A stretch of DNA of 64,000 nt from a virus, in IMG/VR virus record IMGVR_UViG_3300046786_000502, positions 32,001 through 96,000 of that record. One strand, 5' to 3'. This document shows positions 1-11,300 of the stretch, piece after piece. Made by a program: the position numbers and the translations under genes. The notes below the pieces were generated by a model that was given only the letters and a program-made list of their open reading frames with translations, was not told where the DNA came from and searched no databases. Within the stretch, counting starts at the first letter, position 1, and each line of letters starts with the position of its first letter.

Positions 1-1
1 C

Positions 2-991
2 TACCTTTACATCAATAATAGATCAGTTGCTGTGGTAGATGACGAGAATCCACTTCCAGAATATACATCTTTTGCACCTTTCATTAGAGGAACTAGCAAG
101 GCGATGTTTGAAAATGTGTATGCACTCAAAAAGCGTACAATTGATGATTCAACTGCATCGCTTTCAACACCAGTACAGTCATCAATTTTTGGAATCAATA
201 ATGTATCAGCTGATGATGCACTTAGAAAATATTCTCTTAGTGGTGCAATCCAGCAAACATACCTCTCTGACATAAGCAGTGGTTCAGGTGCAGGACATGA
301 CATATACTTTGATGAATTTGGAACTATCATGCGTGAGGCTGCATATTTTAATATTAAATATGATAAGGCATGGCCAGCACTCAATGCTAAGATTGCACCA
401 ACATTCACTAGACAAAAGGGGTACACAGTTTCTGGATTTACCCCAACCGCATATGGTGCAGACTTCATAGTCTTTAATAATACAGATACTGTAATCAGCT
501 TGGACGAAACCACTGGTAACTATTTGAGAATTCAGGGTGTAACTTTTACTCAAAATTCAGATAGAAAGCTAACAGTTGACGACTTCTTTAGTCTTAACTC
601 AGACCTATCTAACGTTGACCAGCTAAACAAAAATCCACTAAAGTCACCAGTAAAAGCTAGCAAAACGTCCTACTCAATCAAGGCAAGCAGAAAGTCATAT
701 GGTAATTTGGAATTTTCAATTAATGCCAAATATATTCAAAATGCTGCTGCTGCAAATAGTCTGATGGAATGGATGATCAATAAGGTGATGAAGCCAAGAA
801 AGTCTGTTGGTGTCAGTGTGTTTGGTGGTGGAGTATTACAGTTGGGTGATATCGTACAAATTTTCTGGACAGAAAATGATGTAGATCAGATCGTTGATAG
901 AAACAAGAGATTCGTTGTTTATTCATGCGAGTACCAAAGAGGCGTAGATGGACCATCATCAATTATTTATCTTAGCGAGGTTACAGAATAA
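2..991 (+). CDS. Minor tail/structural protein, C-terminal part (5' truncated by window edge)
   Basis: Frame is open from position 2. C-terminus (LQLGDIVQI...FVVYSCEY) resembles phage tail protein ends. Lies at the end of the structural block. Confidence 0.6.
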   Translation, partial: YLYINNRSVAVVDDENPLPEYTSFAPFIRGTSKAMFENVYALKKRTIDDSTASLSTPVQSSIFGINNVSADDALRKYSLSGAIQQTYLSDISSGSGAGHDIYFDEFGTIMREAAYFNIKYDKAWPALNAKIAPTFTRQKGYTVSGFTPTAYGADFIVFNNTDTVISLDETTGNYLRIQGVTFTQNSDRKLTVDDFFSLNSDLSNVDQLNKNPLKSPVKASKTSYSIKASRKSYGNLEFSINAKYIQNAAAANSLMEWMINKVMKPRKSVGVSVFGGGVLQLGDIVQIFWTENDVDQIVDRNKRFVVYSCEYQRGVDGPSSIIYLSEVTE

Positions 992-2097
992 TGGCTAAAG
1001 CAGCTCCTAAATCAACACCTACTCCAAAGCCAACACCAGCTCCTAAACCAGCTCCTACTCCTAAGCCATCTCCAGCACCAGCCCCAAAGGCAGTTGCAGC
1101 TAAGGCACCTGTAGCTACAAAGGTTGTGGTACCAAAAGTTACACAGTCTGTTGCGTCACCATTTCTAGCTCCAACATTTAGACCAGTGGGCAACTTTTTA
1201 CCAAATAATATGTCTACCGTTATTCCTAAATCTTTAGCTAAGCCAAAGCCAACAGGTTCTAAGGGATCAAGCACACTGGATAATTATGTATATCAAAAGC
1301 AGATGGATTTGTCAAACGCTAAAAAAATTGCTGCTGATGCTGCAAAGAAAAATGCTGGACGAATTCCATCTACTTTGGAAAACTATGTTTATCAATCACA
1401 GGTTAATCTTTCAAATGCTAAAAAAGCAGCAAAGAATGTTAATGTTAAGCCTGCACCAAAGATTACCAAAGATAGAGTTGAAAGGATGCAGCCACCATCC
1501 AAGCCAAAACCAACTCCTAAAAAGACAACCACCAAAAAGACAACTACTAAAAAGACAACTACCAAAGCACCGATAATTCCACCACCAGTACTAGAAGTAC
1601 CAGAGATTGAAATTCCAGTAATTGAGGCAGTTCCATACACTCCTCCAGCTGCTGCTTCGGGATCTTCAAAACCAGACACAAAGCCTGCAACTCCAGACTT
1701 AATAATGATAACTGACGAGGCCTTCCCAGTAGAGCTTATCACAGACCTACTATTTGAAGACATTGGTGGAACTGAGATTTTGAATATAGCTAGGCATGAC
1801 CTAGTCGATGGTGCTGAGCTATCATATCAGCAAATATCTAATATGTCAAGGGTTACTACTGTTTCTGGTGGTGCAAACCTTCAATCACTTACTCAGACAT
1901 CAGAAGACGTATTCAGCCAATTCCCACTAAAAAGATACCAATATGTGCCAGCAGATACAGATGATCCAAGCGGTATGAATAGAAATGTTTACTTAAATAG
2001 TAATGGCGATTTGGTGGTAGAATTAACTGGAGTAGATAGCTCATATCAGCTAGAGGTATCTTTTCAGGTTGGTGCTGTTAGTGATATAATATACTAG
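991..2097 (+). CDS. Putative virion protein with Pro/Lys/Thr-rich low-complexity N-terminus
   Basis: 368 aa ORF, TAATG-coupled to the upstream gene. Has PKPTPAP and KKTTT repeats and a globular-looking C-terminal part. Confidence 0.55.
   Translation: MAKAAPKSTPTPKPTPAPKPAPTPKPSPAPAPKAVAAKAPVATKVVVPKVTQSVASPFLAPTFRPVGNFLPNNMSTVIPKSLAKPKPTGSKGSSTLDNYVYQKQMDLSNAKKIAADAAKKNAGRIPSTLENYVYQSQVNLSNAKKAAKNVNVKPAPKITKDRVERMQPPSKPKPTPKKTTTKKTTTKKTTTKAPIIPPPVLEVPEIEIPVIEAVPYTPPAAASGSSKPDTKPATPDLIMITDEAFPVELITDLLFEDIGGTEILNIARHDLVDGAELSYQQISNMSRVTTVSGGANLQSLTQTSEDVFSQFPLKRYQYVPADTDDPSGMNRNVYLNSNGDLVVELTGVDSSYQLEVSFQVGAVSDIIY
1006..1089 (+). repeat. Pro-rich coding repeat (PKSTPTPKPTPAPKPAPTPKPSPAPAPK)
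   Basis: Degenerate repeats visible in the translation. Confidence 0.8.
1519..1563 (+). repeat. 3x 15-bp tandem repeat aaaaagacaac(c/t)ac(c/t) encoding KKTTT
   Basis: Read directly from the sequence. Confidence 0.85.
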
Positions 2098-2106
2098 AGG
2101 AAAATT

Positions 2107-3513
2107 ATGCTTACAAATAAAGGACAAACGATTCTATCAAAATACTTGATAGGACAAACAAACTCATATGCTTCGCATATTGCTATTGGCTGTGGACAAA
2201 GACCATACTCAACTACGGACGATATCACATACGCCAACATTGCCGAACAAAGAGCAGCCAAGTCTTTAGAGTTTGAAATGCTCAGACTTCCAATTAAGTC
2301 TAGAGGATTCCTAACAGATGTCAACGCTACATCGCCAATCAATATGATAACCGTAAATGGAAGCAGCATTACATACGAGTATATCTCTGGTGGAACCCCA
2401 CAGTCACTACCATTTGAGGTGGGAGATAGAGTTAACGTAACTGGGGTTGCAGATACAAGATTTAATGTCGTGGATGCAATTATTGTCTCCAAAAGTAGCA
2501 CATCATTTACCATTAAGAAAAACACTGGATACTCAGGTCCACAGCTACCTTTACCAGGTACGGTGACATCTTACTATACTAGCATTGTTCTATCTGCTGA
2601 TCTTCCAACAGAAGAAAGATATGAGATAACAGAGATTGGTCTTTATCCAGCAGTATCCAACCCTGATGCAGGTTCTCAAGATAGCAAAAATATATTTGCA
2701 TTTTCTCAGTCTGAAAACTGGGTATATGAATCTACAACAGGTTCAGAATCAATTCCAGTAGTATATTCAAAGCTCGATGCAAGCAATGAAGCTGGAAATA
2801 TTGATGGCACTTATAATGGCAAAGACTGCTATGTGCTTCACACAAACTCAGACAATCATATTTTTAGCAACATCGCAAGAATTAATAGACACGAGACTTG
2901 CAGATTTTTAAATAACATTATTGCAGTTCGTGGAAATACATCTACAATTACATACAACACTGGGACAAAAGTTCTTACTAAGAATGCATCAAGCCCCCAC
3001 ATAAAGCTTAATGGCCTATCTCTTGGTTTTGACAAAAACTCACCATCCGATGAACTAAGACTAGCATTCTCAGTTTTGAGTAGACTTGGAACATCATCTA
3101 CACCACCTGCACGTGTTCTAATTTCTATGGACTTTGTTACATCAGACGGATATATTGGAACACTGGATTATGTTGCAGAGAATTCAGTAGATGATCCGAT
3201 GCTGAATTTTCAATCAAATAGATATATTGTTTTGAAAAAGTCATTGAGTGACTTGAAGAAAAATGATTCAAGATTTGCATGGAATAAGGTAAGCTCTGTA
3301 TCTGTATACGTAAACGTTATAAATCAAGCAGGAGAAAAGACAGAAGACTTCTATGTTGCCCTAGATGCACTAAGGCTTGAAAATGTTTCTTCTGATAGTG
3401 CCATATATGGACTTACTGGGTATGCTGTTGTAAAGACTGTTAATGGAGTTACAATTAAAAAGCTTGCCAACACAACCAACTCTATTGAGTTTAGATTTGG
3501 ATTTGATACATAA
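2107..3513 (+). CDS. Putative tail/baseplate structural protein
   Basis: 468 aa with gaggaaa SD. N-terminus MLTNKGQ...IAIGCG and EITEIGLY motif are typical of phage tail-associated proteins. Confidence 0.55.
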   Translation: MLTNKGQTILSKYLIGQTNSYASHIAIGCGQRPYSTTDDITYANIAEQRAAKSLEFEMLRLPIKSRGFLTDVNATSPINMITVNGSSITYEYISGGTPQSLPFEVGDRVNVTGVADTRFNVVDAIIVSKSSTSFTIKKNTGYSGPQLPLPGTVTSYYTSIVLSADLPTEERYEITEIGLYPAVSNPDAGSQDSKNIFAFSQSENWVYESTTGSESIPVVYSKLDASNEAGNIDGTYNGKDCYVLHTNSDNHIFSNIARINRHETCRFLNNIIAVRGNTSTITYNTGTKVLTKNASSPHIKLNGLSLGFDKNSPSDELRLAFSVLSRLGTSSTPPARVLISMDFVTSDGYIGTLDYVAENSVDDPMLNFQSNRYIVLKKSLSDLKKNDSRFAWNKVSSVSVYVNVINQAGEKTEDFYVALDALRLENVSSDSAIYGLTGYAVVKTVNGVTIKKLANTTNSIEFRFGFDT

Positions 3514-3938
3514 TGGCTAATAAAAAAATAGTTATCCCCAAGGGTCAACTCCCTAGTCCAACATCAGACAACTCATTCTTAATTAAATACAGACTTATTG
3601 CTGATAGAACTAAGGCATCTGATTGGTCTACTACAGAAGTAGTTAGAAATGTGTCAGTTGCATCGTCTGCGATTGTTCCATCCTACAGTTCTGCTACCAA
3701 GATTTTGTCTGTTGTTTGGCAACCATCAAACACAAACCTATATGATGTTTTTGTTAGATATGGATCAAGTGAAACATTTACTTATGCTGGATCGACAATG
3801 GCTACAAACTATTCAATTATTGTGCCAGAAGCCAATTGGTCATCTACGGCAGTCGTCAGGGTACAGTCAAATACTTCCTCTCACGAAATTTCCAATAGTT
3901 TGCTGGTAGCCTTGACATCTACCATTAATCTGGTATAA
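3513..3938 (+). CDS. Hypothetical beta-rich (Fn3-like) structural protein
   Basis: Coupled ORF, Ser/Thr/Val rich. Confidence 0.5.
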   Translation: MANKKIVIPKGQLPSPTSDNSFLIKYRLIADRTKASDWSTTEVVRNVSVASSAIVPSYSSATKILSVVWQPSNTNLYDVFVRYGSSETFTYAGSTMATNYSIIVPEANWSSTAVVRVQSNTSSHEISNSLLVALTSTINLV

Positions 3939-3939
3939 T
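3912..3939 (+). promoter_or_regulatory. Sigma70/SigA-type promoter
   Basis: TTGACA-N16-TATAAT with extended TG, upstream of AAGGAG SD. Confidence 0.7.
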
Positions 3940-3955
3940 CTTATAAGGAGAAAAC

Positions 3956-4402
3956 ATGGCAAATATACTAAGAACACCAAGTGCAGGTCAGCCAATTGAT
4001 GCAACCTATTTGCTAGAGATTGCTAAAGCTGTCAATGACCTATCAGACAGAATTGCTGCAACGTCTACCATGCAGTACTTGACAGTAGACACTAAGTCAG
4101 TAGGCAAGCAGTCAATCAAGACATCAGAGGCTAGAATCATTGGTGCATACACTGATGTATTCAGTGGCACTGTTACTGCTAACCAAGAAAAAGAATGGTC
4201 CATTGACTTTCCGCCAGACTTTAAGTATCCACCAATAATTACAGCAACCCCAGTAGCGATTACTGGTAGCTCTTCTGGAACTGGTGTTAGTGTTGTTATT
4301 AAGACTATTTCAAAAAGCAAGGTAACTGGTGTGGTCAGCTTTTCCACTGGTGGTAACTTCGCTATTGGTGTAAACGTCATTATTGTTGGAATTCCAAACT
4401 AA
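3956..4402 (+). CDS. Hypothetical protein (H-type lectin/tail-fibre-end-like)
   Basis: 148 aa. FPPDFKYPPIITAT motif and C-terminal VNVIIVG pattern. Confidence 0.5.
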   Translation: MANILRTPSAGQPIDATYLLEIAKAVNDLSDRIAATSTMQYLTVDTKSVGKQSIKTSEARIIGAYTDVFSGTVTANQEKEWSIDFPPDFKYPPIITATPVAITGSSSGTGVSVVIKTISKSKVTGVVSFSTGGNFAIGVNVIIVGIPN

Positions 4403-4403
4403 A

Positions 4404-4955
4404 ATGGATAAGCCCAAAAAGAGGTATGGGGCTTTAACAAGAGAAGAATACAACAATGCTCCTGTTATTCCTGGAAGTAAAAAAGTATTCTTTTTAAACG
4501 GAGATTTGGTTAGAGCACACCATCTAAATAGATCTGATGGTATTATGTCTGTTTATAATATTACAAAAGATCAGATAGAAAGTTGTTTAATTAGTGATTT
4601 TAAAACCAAAAGAGAAAGAGCATTTACTGTTGGCGAGACTGCTAGTTTAGTTAATCGTCATAAAAAGTATATGCCATCATTGGTTAGAAGAGGCATTGTT
4701 CCGCCTGCTATGGGGTCTCAGAAGGGCGGAGAGACTGGTTGGCAAGTCAGGTCTTACTATTCGGAGTCGCAAGTTTTTGCACTTCGTGATATACTGGCTT
4801 CATATCACATTGGGCAACCAAGAAAAGATAAGCTTGTAACGAATAACATTACACCAACACGCCAAGAGTTGACAAGGCGTATGGGAGATGGTATACTTAC
4901 ATATACAAAAACAGAAGATGGCAGATTCATTCCAGTCTGGTCTGAATCAATCTAG
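4404..4955 (+). CDS. HTH (MerR-like) DNA-binding protein
   Basis: AFTVGETASLVNRH...RSYYSE pattern. ATG at 4404 preferred over TTG at 4383. Confidence 0.55.
   Translation: MDKPKKRYGALTREEYNNAPVIPGSKKVFFLNGDLVRAHHLNRSDGIMSVYNITKDQIESCLISDFKTKRERAFTVGETASLVNRHKKYMPSLVRRGIVPPAMGSQKGGETGWQVRSYYSESQVFALRDILASYHIGQPRKDKLVTNNITPTRQELTRRMGDGILTYTKTEDGRFIPVWSESI
4869..4897 (+). promoter_or_regulatory. SigA-type promoter inside the upstream CDS
   Basis: TTGACA-N17-TATACT. Confidence 0.6.
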
Positions 4956-4969
4956 TAAGGAAAACGGGT

Positions 4970-5173
4970 ATGGAAAACGAAAACACTAAAGTTGGTGTAA
5001 CTCTTGGTTACACTCTAAATCTGGGAAACTTCCAGTCGCTAAGGATTGACCTTAACGTTATTGATAACAAGCGTGAGAGCGAAACTATTAACGAGGCTTT
5101 TGATCGTGTCTACTCTTTTGTAGAGACGAAGCTTGCTGAAAAAGTTACAGAAGCAAAGTCTGAAGTCGAATAA
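4970..5173 (+). CDS. Conserved phage hypothetical protein
   Basis: 67 aa, TLNLGNFQSLRID motif, SD aagga. Confidence 0.7.
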   Translation: MENENTKVGVTLGYTLNLGNFQSLRIDLNVIDNKRESETINEAFDRVYSFVETKLAEKVTEAKSEVE

Positions 5174-5481
5174 TGGCTGAACGCAAAGACCGAATGGCTT
5201 TGCTCAGTCGTTACTCAAAATTGCACACACAGCGATTTGAGCAAAAGCCTACACTGAATCTGAATGTAGAGCAATGGGCTGCTGATGCACTCATTGAGTC
5301 GTACGGCATGTCAGCATGTTATGATTTACTAGAATATTATTTTTCTGTTGCACAAAACCCAACATGGAAATATTTTGCAAATTATGCACATGATATAATT
5401 GACAAACAAGAGCAACATAGAATAGACGCACAAGAAAGAAAACAACGAAGAGAAATGGCAAGGAAGTGGCTAAGTGAATAA
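5173..5481 (+). CDS. Hypothetical protein (possible helicase loader)
   Basis: Coupled to the helicase gene. Function inferred from position only. Confidence 0.6.
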   Translation: MAERKDRMALLSRYSKLHTQRFEQKPTLNLNVEQWAADALIESYGMSACYDLLEYYFSVAQNPTWKYFANYAHDIIDKQEQHRIDAQERKQRREMARKWLSE

Positions 5482-6694
5482 TACAGAAGCAAAAGTAATA
5501 TCAGCCGTACTTGCAGATAAGCAGATGCATGTTCTTCTACAGGCAAACGTAGAAAATATTTTAAAGACACACAAAGACATCTGGAACTTTCTTCGTCTCT
5601 ACTTTGAGCAGAATGCTTCAGTCCCACCAGTATCTTTGGTTGTAGAAAAGTTCAGAGACTTCTCTCCAGTAGAAGGTGTTGGTGCAACAAAGCACCACCT
5701 AGAAGAATTGCAGTCAGAGTATATGACTGATAGCCTAAAGGATATTCTTCGTACTGCTGCAGCAGATGTGCAGGCAGACAAAGGCGTAGAGGCACTAGAA
5801 GCCATCATCTCCAAGACATCAGAGCTACGCAAGAATACAGCTGCTATCCGTGACATTGATGCAACAGACTTAGAGTCAGCAATCGCTTACTATGAAAACG
5901 TAAAGAAGCAAGCAGAGCTAGGTCTATCTGGAATCAAGACTGGTCTGCCAGGATTTGACAACTATCTTCCTGCTGGAATTATGCCAGGACAACTTGGAGT
6001 AATGCTTGCATACCCAGGTATTGGTAAGTCATGGCTATCCCTATATTTTGCGGTACAGGCATGGAAGCAGGGTAAGTCTCCAATGATCGTATCACTTGAA
6101 ATGAGTGAGACAGAAGTTCGTAACCGTGTATTCGCTATTATGGGAGATGGCCTATGGTCACACAGAAAGCTTTCGTCTGGACAGATTGAGATTGAAGACT
6201 TGAAGATGTGGCACAAAAAGGCACTTCAAGGTAAGCCAGAATTCCACATTATTTCTAATGACTCAGGTGGAGAAGTTACACCATCTGTTCTTCGTGGAAA
6301 GATTGATCAGTATAAACCAGACTTCGTTGTCGTTGACTACCTACAGTTGATGAGTCCAAACCAGAAGTCAGATAATGAAACCGTACGCATGAAGAACCTT
6401 TCTCGTGAACTAAAGCTGATGGCCATTGCTGAAGAGGTCCCAATCATTGCAATTTCATCTGCTACTCCTGATGATGTTACAAAGCTCGATACCGTTCCTA
6501 CTCTTGGTCAAACTGCTTGGTCTCGTCAGATTGCATACGATGCTGACTGGGTGCTTGCTCTTGGTCGTGGAACAAACTCTGATATTATTGAGTGCGTATT
6601 CCGCAAGAACCGTAATGGATTCATGGGTGAGTTTTTGGTACAGGCTGACTTTGATAAGGGATACTACAAGTACAAGGACTTTGAGGATAAGTAA
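5474..6694 (+). CDS. dnaB: DnaB-like replicative helicase
   Basis: Walker A AYPGIGKS, SLEMS, VVVDYLQLM, IAYDAD, KNRNG motifs. Confidence 0.95.
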   Translation: MNNTEAKVISAVLADKQMHVLLQANVENILKTHKDIWNFLRLYFEQNASVPPVSLVVEKFRDFSPVEGVGATKHHLEELQSEYMTDSLKDILRTAAADVQADKGVEALEAIISKTSELRKNTAAIRDIDATDLESAIAYYENVKKQAELGLSGIKTGLPGFDNYLPAGIMPGQLGVMLAYPGIGKSWLSLYFAVQAWKQGKSPMIVSLEMSETEVRNRVFAIMGDGLWSHRKLSSGQIEIEDLKMWHKKALQGKPEFHIISNDSGGEVTPSVLRGKIDQYKPDFVVVDYLQLMSPNQKSDNETVRMKNLSRELKLMAIAEEVPIIAISSATPDDVTKLDTVPTLGQTAWSRQIAYDADWVLALGRGTNSDIIECVFRKNRNGFMGEFLVQADFDKGYYKYKDFEDK

Positions 6695-7605
6695 TGTACA
6701 CCACTGATCAGATTAAGAAGGTTTTAATTGGCTCTGGGCTAACCATCGAAAAAGAGGTTGACACAGACTACATTATTTTCTGTCCATTCCATGCTAACAA
6801 TAGAACTCCAGCAGGAGAAGTTGACAAGAATACAGGAAAGTTCTTCTGTTTTTCTTGTCACCATATTGCTGACTTGATAGAACTTGTTATGCACACTACT
6901 GGAAGAACCTACTTTGAATCTGCTCGTTTTATTAAGTCAAGAGAAGGTCTGTCATCAATCACCACAGACATTGAGAAAAAGCTGATTATGGTTCCAGATT
7001 ATACTCAATATGATCAGGTACTAATTAAGAGATTAAACATACAAGCTTTGGATTCACATAGAGCAATGCAGTATTTTGCAGGTCGCTCTATAACTGAATC
7101 TTCAGTAAGAAAGTTTATGCTTGGATTCTCAGAGAAGCAAGATATGGTAACGATTCCAGTTTCTGCACCAGATGGAATGGAAGTTGGATTCGTTGGTAGA
7201 TCTATCGAGGGCAAGGATTTTAAGAATACGCCTGGGCTTCCAAAATCAAAAGTTTTGTTTAACCTACACAGAGTAAAAACATCTAATAGGGTATATGTTG
7301 TCGAGTCATCATTTGATGCAATTCGTTTAGATCAAGTTGGTCTTCCTGCAGTTGCTACTCTTGGTGCTAATGTGTCAACTAAACAAATAGAACTTCTTCG
7401 CAAATACTTCAATTCAGTATTTGTAATTGCTGATAACGATGAGGCAGGTGGCAATATGAAAAATAAGATTGTTGAAAATCTTAAGTCTATGGTCACTGTA
7501 ATTAAGCTAGATAGCAAGTACAAAGACATTGGAGATATGAACGATGAAGACATAAAAAGGCTAGATATGTCATTTGACAAATCAATAATGGCCATGCTAC
7601 AATAA
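6694..7605 (+). CDS. DNA primase (CHC2 zinc finger + TOPRIM)
   Basis: CPFH...CFSC zinc finger; VVESSFDA and ADNDEAG TOPRIM motifs. Confidence 0.93.
   Translation: MYTTDQIKKVLIGSGLTIEKEVDTDYIIFCPFHANNRTPAGEVDKNTGKFFCFSCHHIADLIELVMHTTGRTYFESARFIKSREGLSSITTDIEKKLIMVPDYTQYDQVLIKRLNIQALDSHRAMQYFAGRSITESSVRKFMLGFSEKQDMVTIPVSAPDGMEVGFVGRSIEGKDFKNTPGLPKSKVLFNLHRVKTSNRVYVVESSFDAIRLDQVGLPAVATLGANVSTKQIELLRKYFNSVFVIADNDEAGGNMKNKIVENLKSMVTVIKLDSKYKDIGDMNDEDIKRLDMSFDKSIMAMLQ
7574..7603 (+). promoter_or_regulatory. SigA-type promoter
   Basis: TTGACA-N18-TACAAT with extended TG. Confidence 0.6.
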
Positions 7606-7633
7606 TACAACAAACAACAATAAGGAGAACACC

Positions 7634-8287
7634 ATGGGTGTAATTAAAGGGCTAAAGGATATCAATGCAATCCTTGATAAGCCAAAATTCGAAGGTACAG
7701 GAACAAAGGTTCGTTGGGTCAAGCTTGCAGATGGTCAGGCTGCTAAGATCCGTTTCGTTGAGGAGCTAGACTCTGATTCAGCACACTACGATGAGGCACG
7801 TGGCCTCTCAGTAGTTATTGCACAGCACACTAATCCAAAGGACTACAAGCGTATGGCTGCTTGTACCATGGAGACTGAAGGTCGTTGCTTTGCATGTGAA
7901 ATGGCTCGTAAGGAGCCAAAGGCTGGATGGCGTTCAAAGCTTCGCTTCTATTGCAACGTACTTGTTGACGATGGCCTAGAGGCACCATACATTGCAGTTT
8001 GGTCACAGGGCGTTACCAAGCAGTCAGCATTCAACACAATTCGTGAGTACGCACTAGAGACTGGTTCAGTATCAAATCTTGAGTGGAAGCTAAAGCGTAA
8101 TGGTCAGGGAACTGAAACCAACTACACACTTCTTCCTACCAAGCCAGATTCAGAGCCATTCAAGTGGGGCGAATTTGAATTCCACAACCTAGAGAAGGTT
8201 GTACGTGAAGTGCCTTACCCAGAGCAGGAAGCTTTCTACTTTGGTTTTGACACTCCGTCTGTAACATCAACCAACATCGATTGGTAA
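7634..8287 (+). CDS. Single-stranded DNA-binding protein (gp32-like)
   Basis: Zn ligands (C..C..C), KRNGQGTETNY motif, aromatic/acidic tail. Lies between primase and polymerase. Confidence 0.75.
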   Translation: MGVIKGLKDINAILDKPKFEGTGTKVRWVKLADGQAAKIRFVEELDSDSAHYDEARGLSVVIAQHTNPKDYKRMAACTMETEGRCFACEMARKEPKAGWRSKLRFYCNVLVDDGLEAPYIAVWSQGVTKQSAFNTIREYALETGSVSNLEWKLKRNGQGTETNYTLLPTKPDSEPFKWGEFEFHNLEKVVREVPYPEQEAFYFGFDTPSVTSTNIDW

Positions 8288-8299
8288 TTAAGTTTGATT

Positions 8300-8327
8300 T
8301 GGGGGTGGCTTCGGCTGCCCCCATTTC
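8300..8327 (+). terminator. Hairpin terminator with UUCG loop
   Basis: tgggggtggc-ttcg-gctgccccca followed by ttt. Confidence 0.75.
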
Positions 8328-8369
8328 ATCCTATTTTCAAAACAACACTATATACAGAAAAGGAATTAA

Positions 8370-11300
8370 ATGAGTTACGCTGGTCTACACGTCCACACAC
8401 ACTACTCACTATTTGACGGAATTGCAACACCACAGGAATATGTGGACCGTGCCGTAGAGCTGGGAATGCCAGCAATTGCAATCACTGACCATGGAAGTCT
8501 ATCTGGACACCGTGAAATGTATCGTGCTGCTAAAGAAGCAGGAATCAAGCCAATCTTGGGTATCGAGGGGTATATCACAAAGGATCGCTTTGATCACACA
8601 GACAAGAAGGAAAAGAATGATCCTCTTGATCTTAACTACAATCACCTAATTATTATTGCCAAGAACTCTAAGGGTTTGCAGAACCTTAATAAGCTAAATG
8701 AGATTGCTTGGACTGAAGGATTTTATAAGAAGCCACGTATTGACTGGAACATCCTAGAAGAGTATAAGGATGGATTGATCATTACATCTGGATGTTTGTC
8801 TGGAGTACTTGCAAAGGCCATAGAAGCCAATGAGTTTGCGTATGCAAAAGAGCACATTCAGAAATGTAAGAAAATCTTTGGAGATGACTACTACATCGAG
8901 GTAATGCCACACAACCCACCAGAGATTAATAAGGCTCTCCTAGATCTGGCAGATGAGTTTGGCGTAAAGCCAGTTGTAACCCCAGACTGCCATCACTCTG
9001 ACCCATCGCAAAAAGAGATTCAAGAGCTAAAGCTGATTCTTAACTCTTACTCTAATAAGGTTGAAAAGGGTGCAACCTATGATGGTTCTAAGAAGTATGA
9101 CAACCTAATGGACCGTCTTGACTACCTGTATGGTGCTGACCGTCAGATGTCATTTAACAAGTTTGAGATTCATCTACTATCTGATGAAGAAATGCATAAT
9201 GCCATGAAGGCACAGGGCATTGACCGTGAAGATATGTACGAGGCTACTCGTGAGATTGTTAACAAGGTAGAAGACTACAAGATTAAAGACCACCAAGACC
9301 TTCTTCCTGTACAGTATCAAAATCCTAATCAAGAACTTCGTGAGCTTGCAATTGCAGGACTAAAGGAGAGAGGCATTGAGACTGAGGAATATCTTGCAAG
9401 ACTCGAAGAAGAGCTTGAGGTAATTGAGGCTAAGAACTTCGGCCCATACTTCCTTGTAGTACGTTCTATGATTGCATGGGCAAAGAAAGAAGGCATTATG
9501 GTGGGGCCAGGTCGTGGTTCTGCTGCTGGCTCATTGCTTTGCTATGCACTTGGTATTACTGATATTGATCCAATCGAACATGGTCTATTGTTCTTCCGTT
9601 TTATTAATCCAGAGCGTAACGACTTCCCAGATATCGATACAGACATTCAAGACTCACGCCGTGAAGAGGTAAAAGACTATCTTGTTCGTCAGTATAAGCA
9701 CGTAGCATCTATTGCAACATTCTTGCAGTTCCGTGGTAAGGGTATGGTTCGTGACATTGCACGTACACTAAATGTGCCATTGCCAGATGTGAACAAGGTG
9801 CTAAAGGTTGTAGATGACTGGGATGACTATTGCTCATCAAAGCAGTCCGCATGGTTCCGTGAGAAGTATCCAGAGATTGAAACCTATGGAGATTTGCTTC
9901 GTGGTCGTATCCGTGGTACTGGTATTCACGCTGCAGGTGTTGTAACATCGAAGCAGCCTATCTTTAAGTTTGCACCACTAGAAACTAGAACCTCTCCAGG
10001 AAACAAGGAGCGTATCCCAGTTGTGGCGGTAGATATGGAAGAGGCAGAGCGTATTGGTCTAATTAAGATTGACGCACTTGGTCTAAAGACTCTATCTGTA
10101 TTGCGTGATACTCTTGATATTATTGAGGAACGTCATGACAAGAAGATTGATTTGCTATCTGTAGATATGGATGATGCAAATGTTTATCGCATGCTTTCTG
10201 ATGGATACACAAAGGGTGTTTTCCAGTGTGAAGCTACACCATATACAAACCTATTGGTTAAAATGGGAGTGAAGAATCTAGCAGAACTTGCTGCTTCTAA
10301 TGCTCTTGTTCGTCCAGGTGCTGCTAATACTATTGGTAAGGATTACATTGCTCGTAAACAAGGTCGTCAAAATATTGATTACAAGCACCAAGTTATGAAG
10401 TCATTTACTGCAGAAACCTATGGATGTATTCTATACCAGGAACAGGTTATGCAGGCTTGTACAGAACTTGGCGGTATGACAATGGCTGAGGCTGACAAGG
10501 TTCGTAAGATCATTGGTAAGAAGAAGGATGCCAAGGAGTTTGACCAGTTTAAGGACAAGTTTGTCAAGGGTGCATCACGATTCCTATCACCAAACGTTGC
10601 TGAAGACTTGTGGACAGACTTTGAGGCACATGCTGGATACTCTTTTAACAAGTCTCACGCTGTAGCTTATTCAACGCTTTCGTACTGGACAGCATGGCTA
10701 AAGTATCACTATCCTCTAGAGTTTATGTACTCAATTCTTAAGAATGAGAAAGATAAGGATGCACGTACAGAGTATTTGATTGAGACTAAGCGTATGGGTA
10801 TCTCTATTAAGCTGCCACACGTAAATGACTCAGATGCTGACTTCAAGATTGAGGGCAAGGGTATTCGTTTTGGATTGACTGGCATCAAGTATATCTCTGA
10901 CAACATTGCATCTAAGTATATGGCTGCTCGTCCATTTAACTCGTACAAGGAGTTGGAAGAGTTTACATTTGGCAAGGGCAATGGAGTTAATAGTCGTGCA
11001 CTACAGGCAATGAGAGTGGTAGGTGCAGCAACATTCCAGGATCAGCCTAGAAACGATGATGAGATTCGTGAGAACCTGTACGAGTATCTAAACCTACCAG
11101 AATTTAACATTTCAGTACCACAGCACTATCATGCCTTTATTAATGAGGTAGAAGAGTTTGAAGAGAAGGGGTCATTCATCCTAATGGGAATGGTCAAGTC
11201 TATCAAGCGTGGTAAGGGGTGGTCTCGTGTCGAACTACTAGATAAAACAGGAAGCGTAGGTATATTCGATGATGAACAGTCTACAATCGAAACTGGAAAG

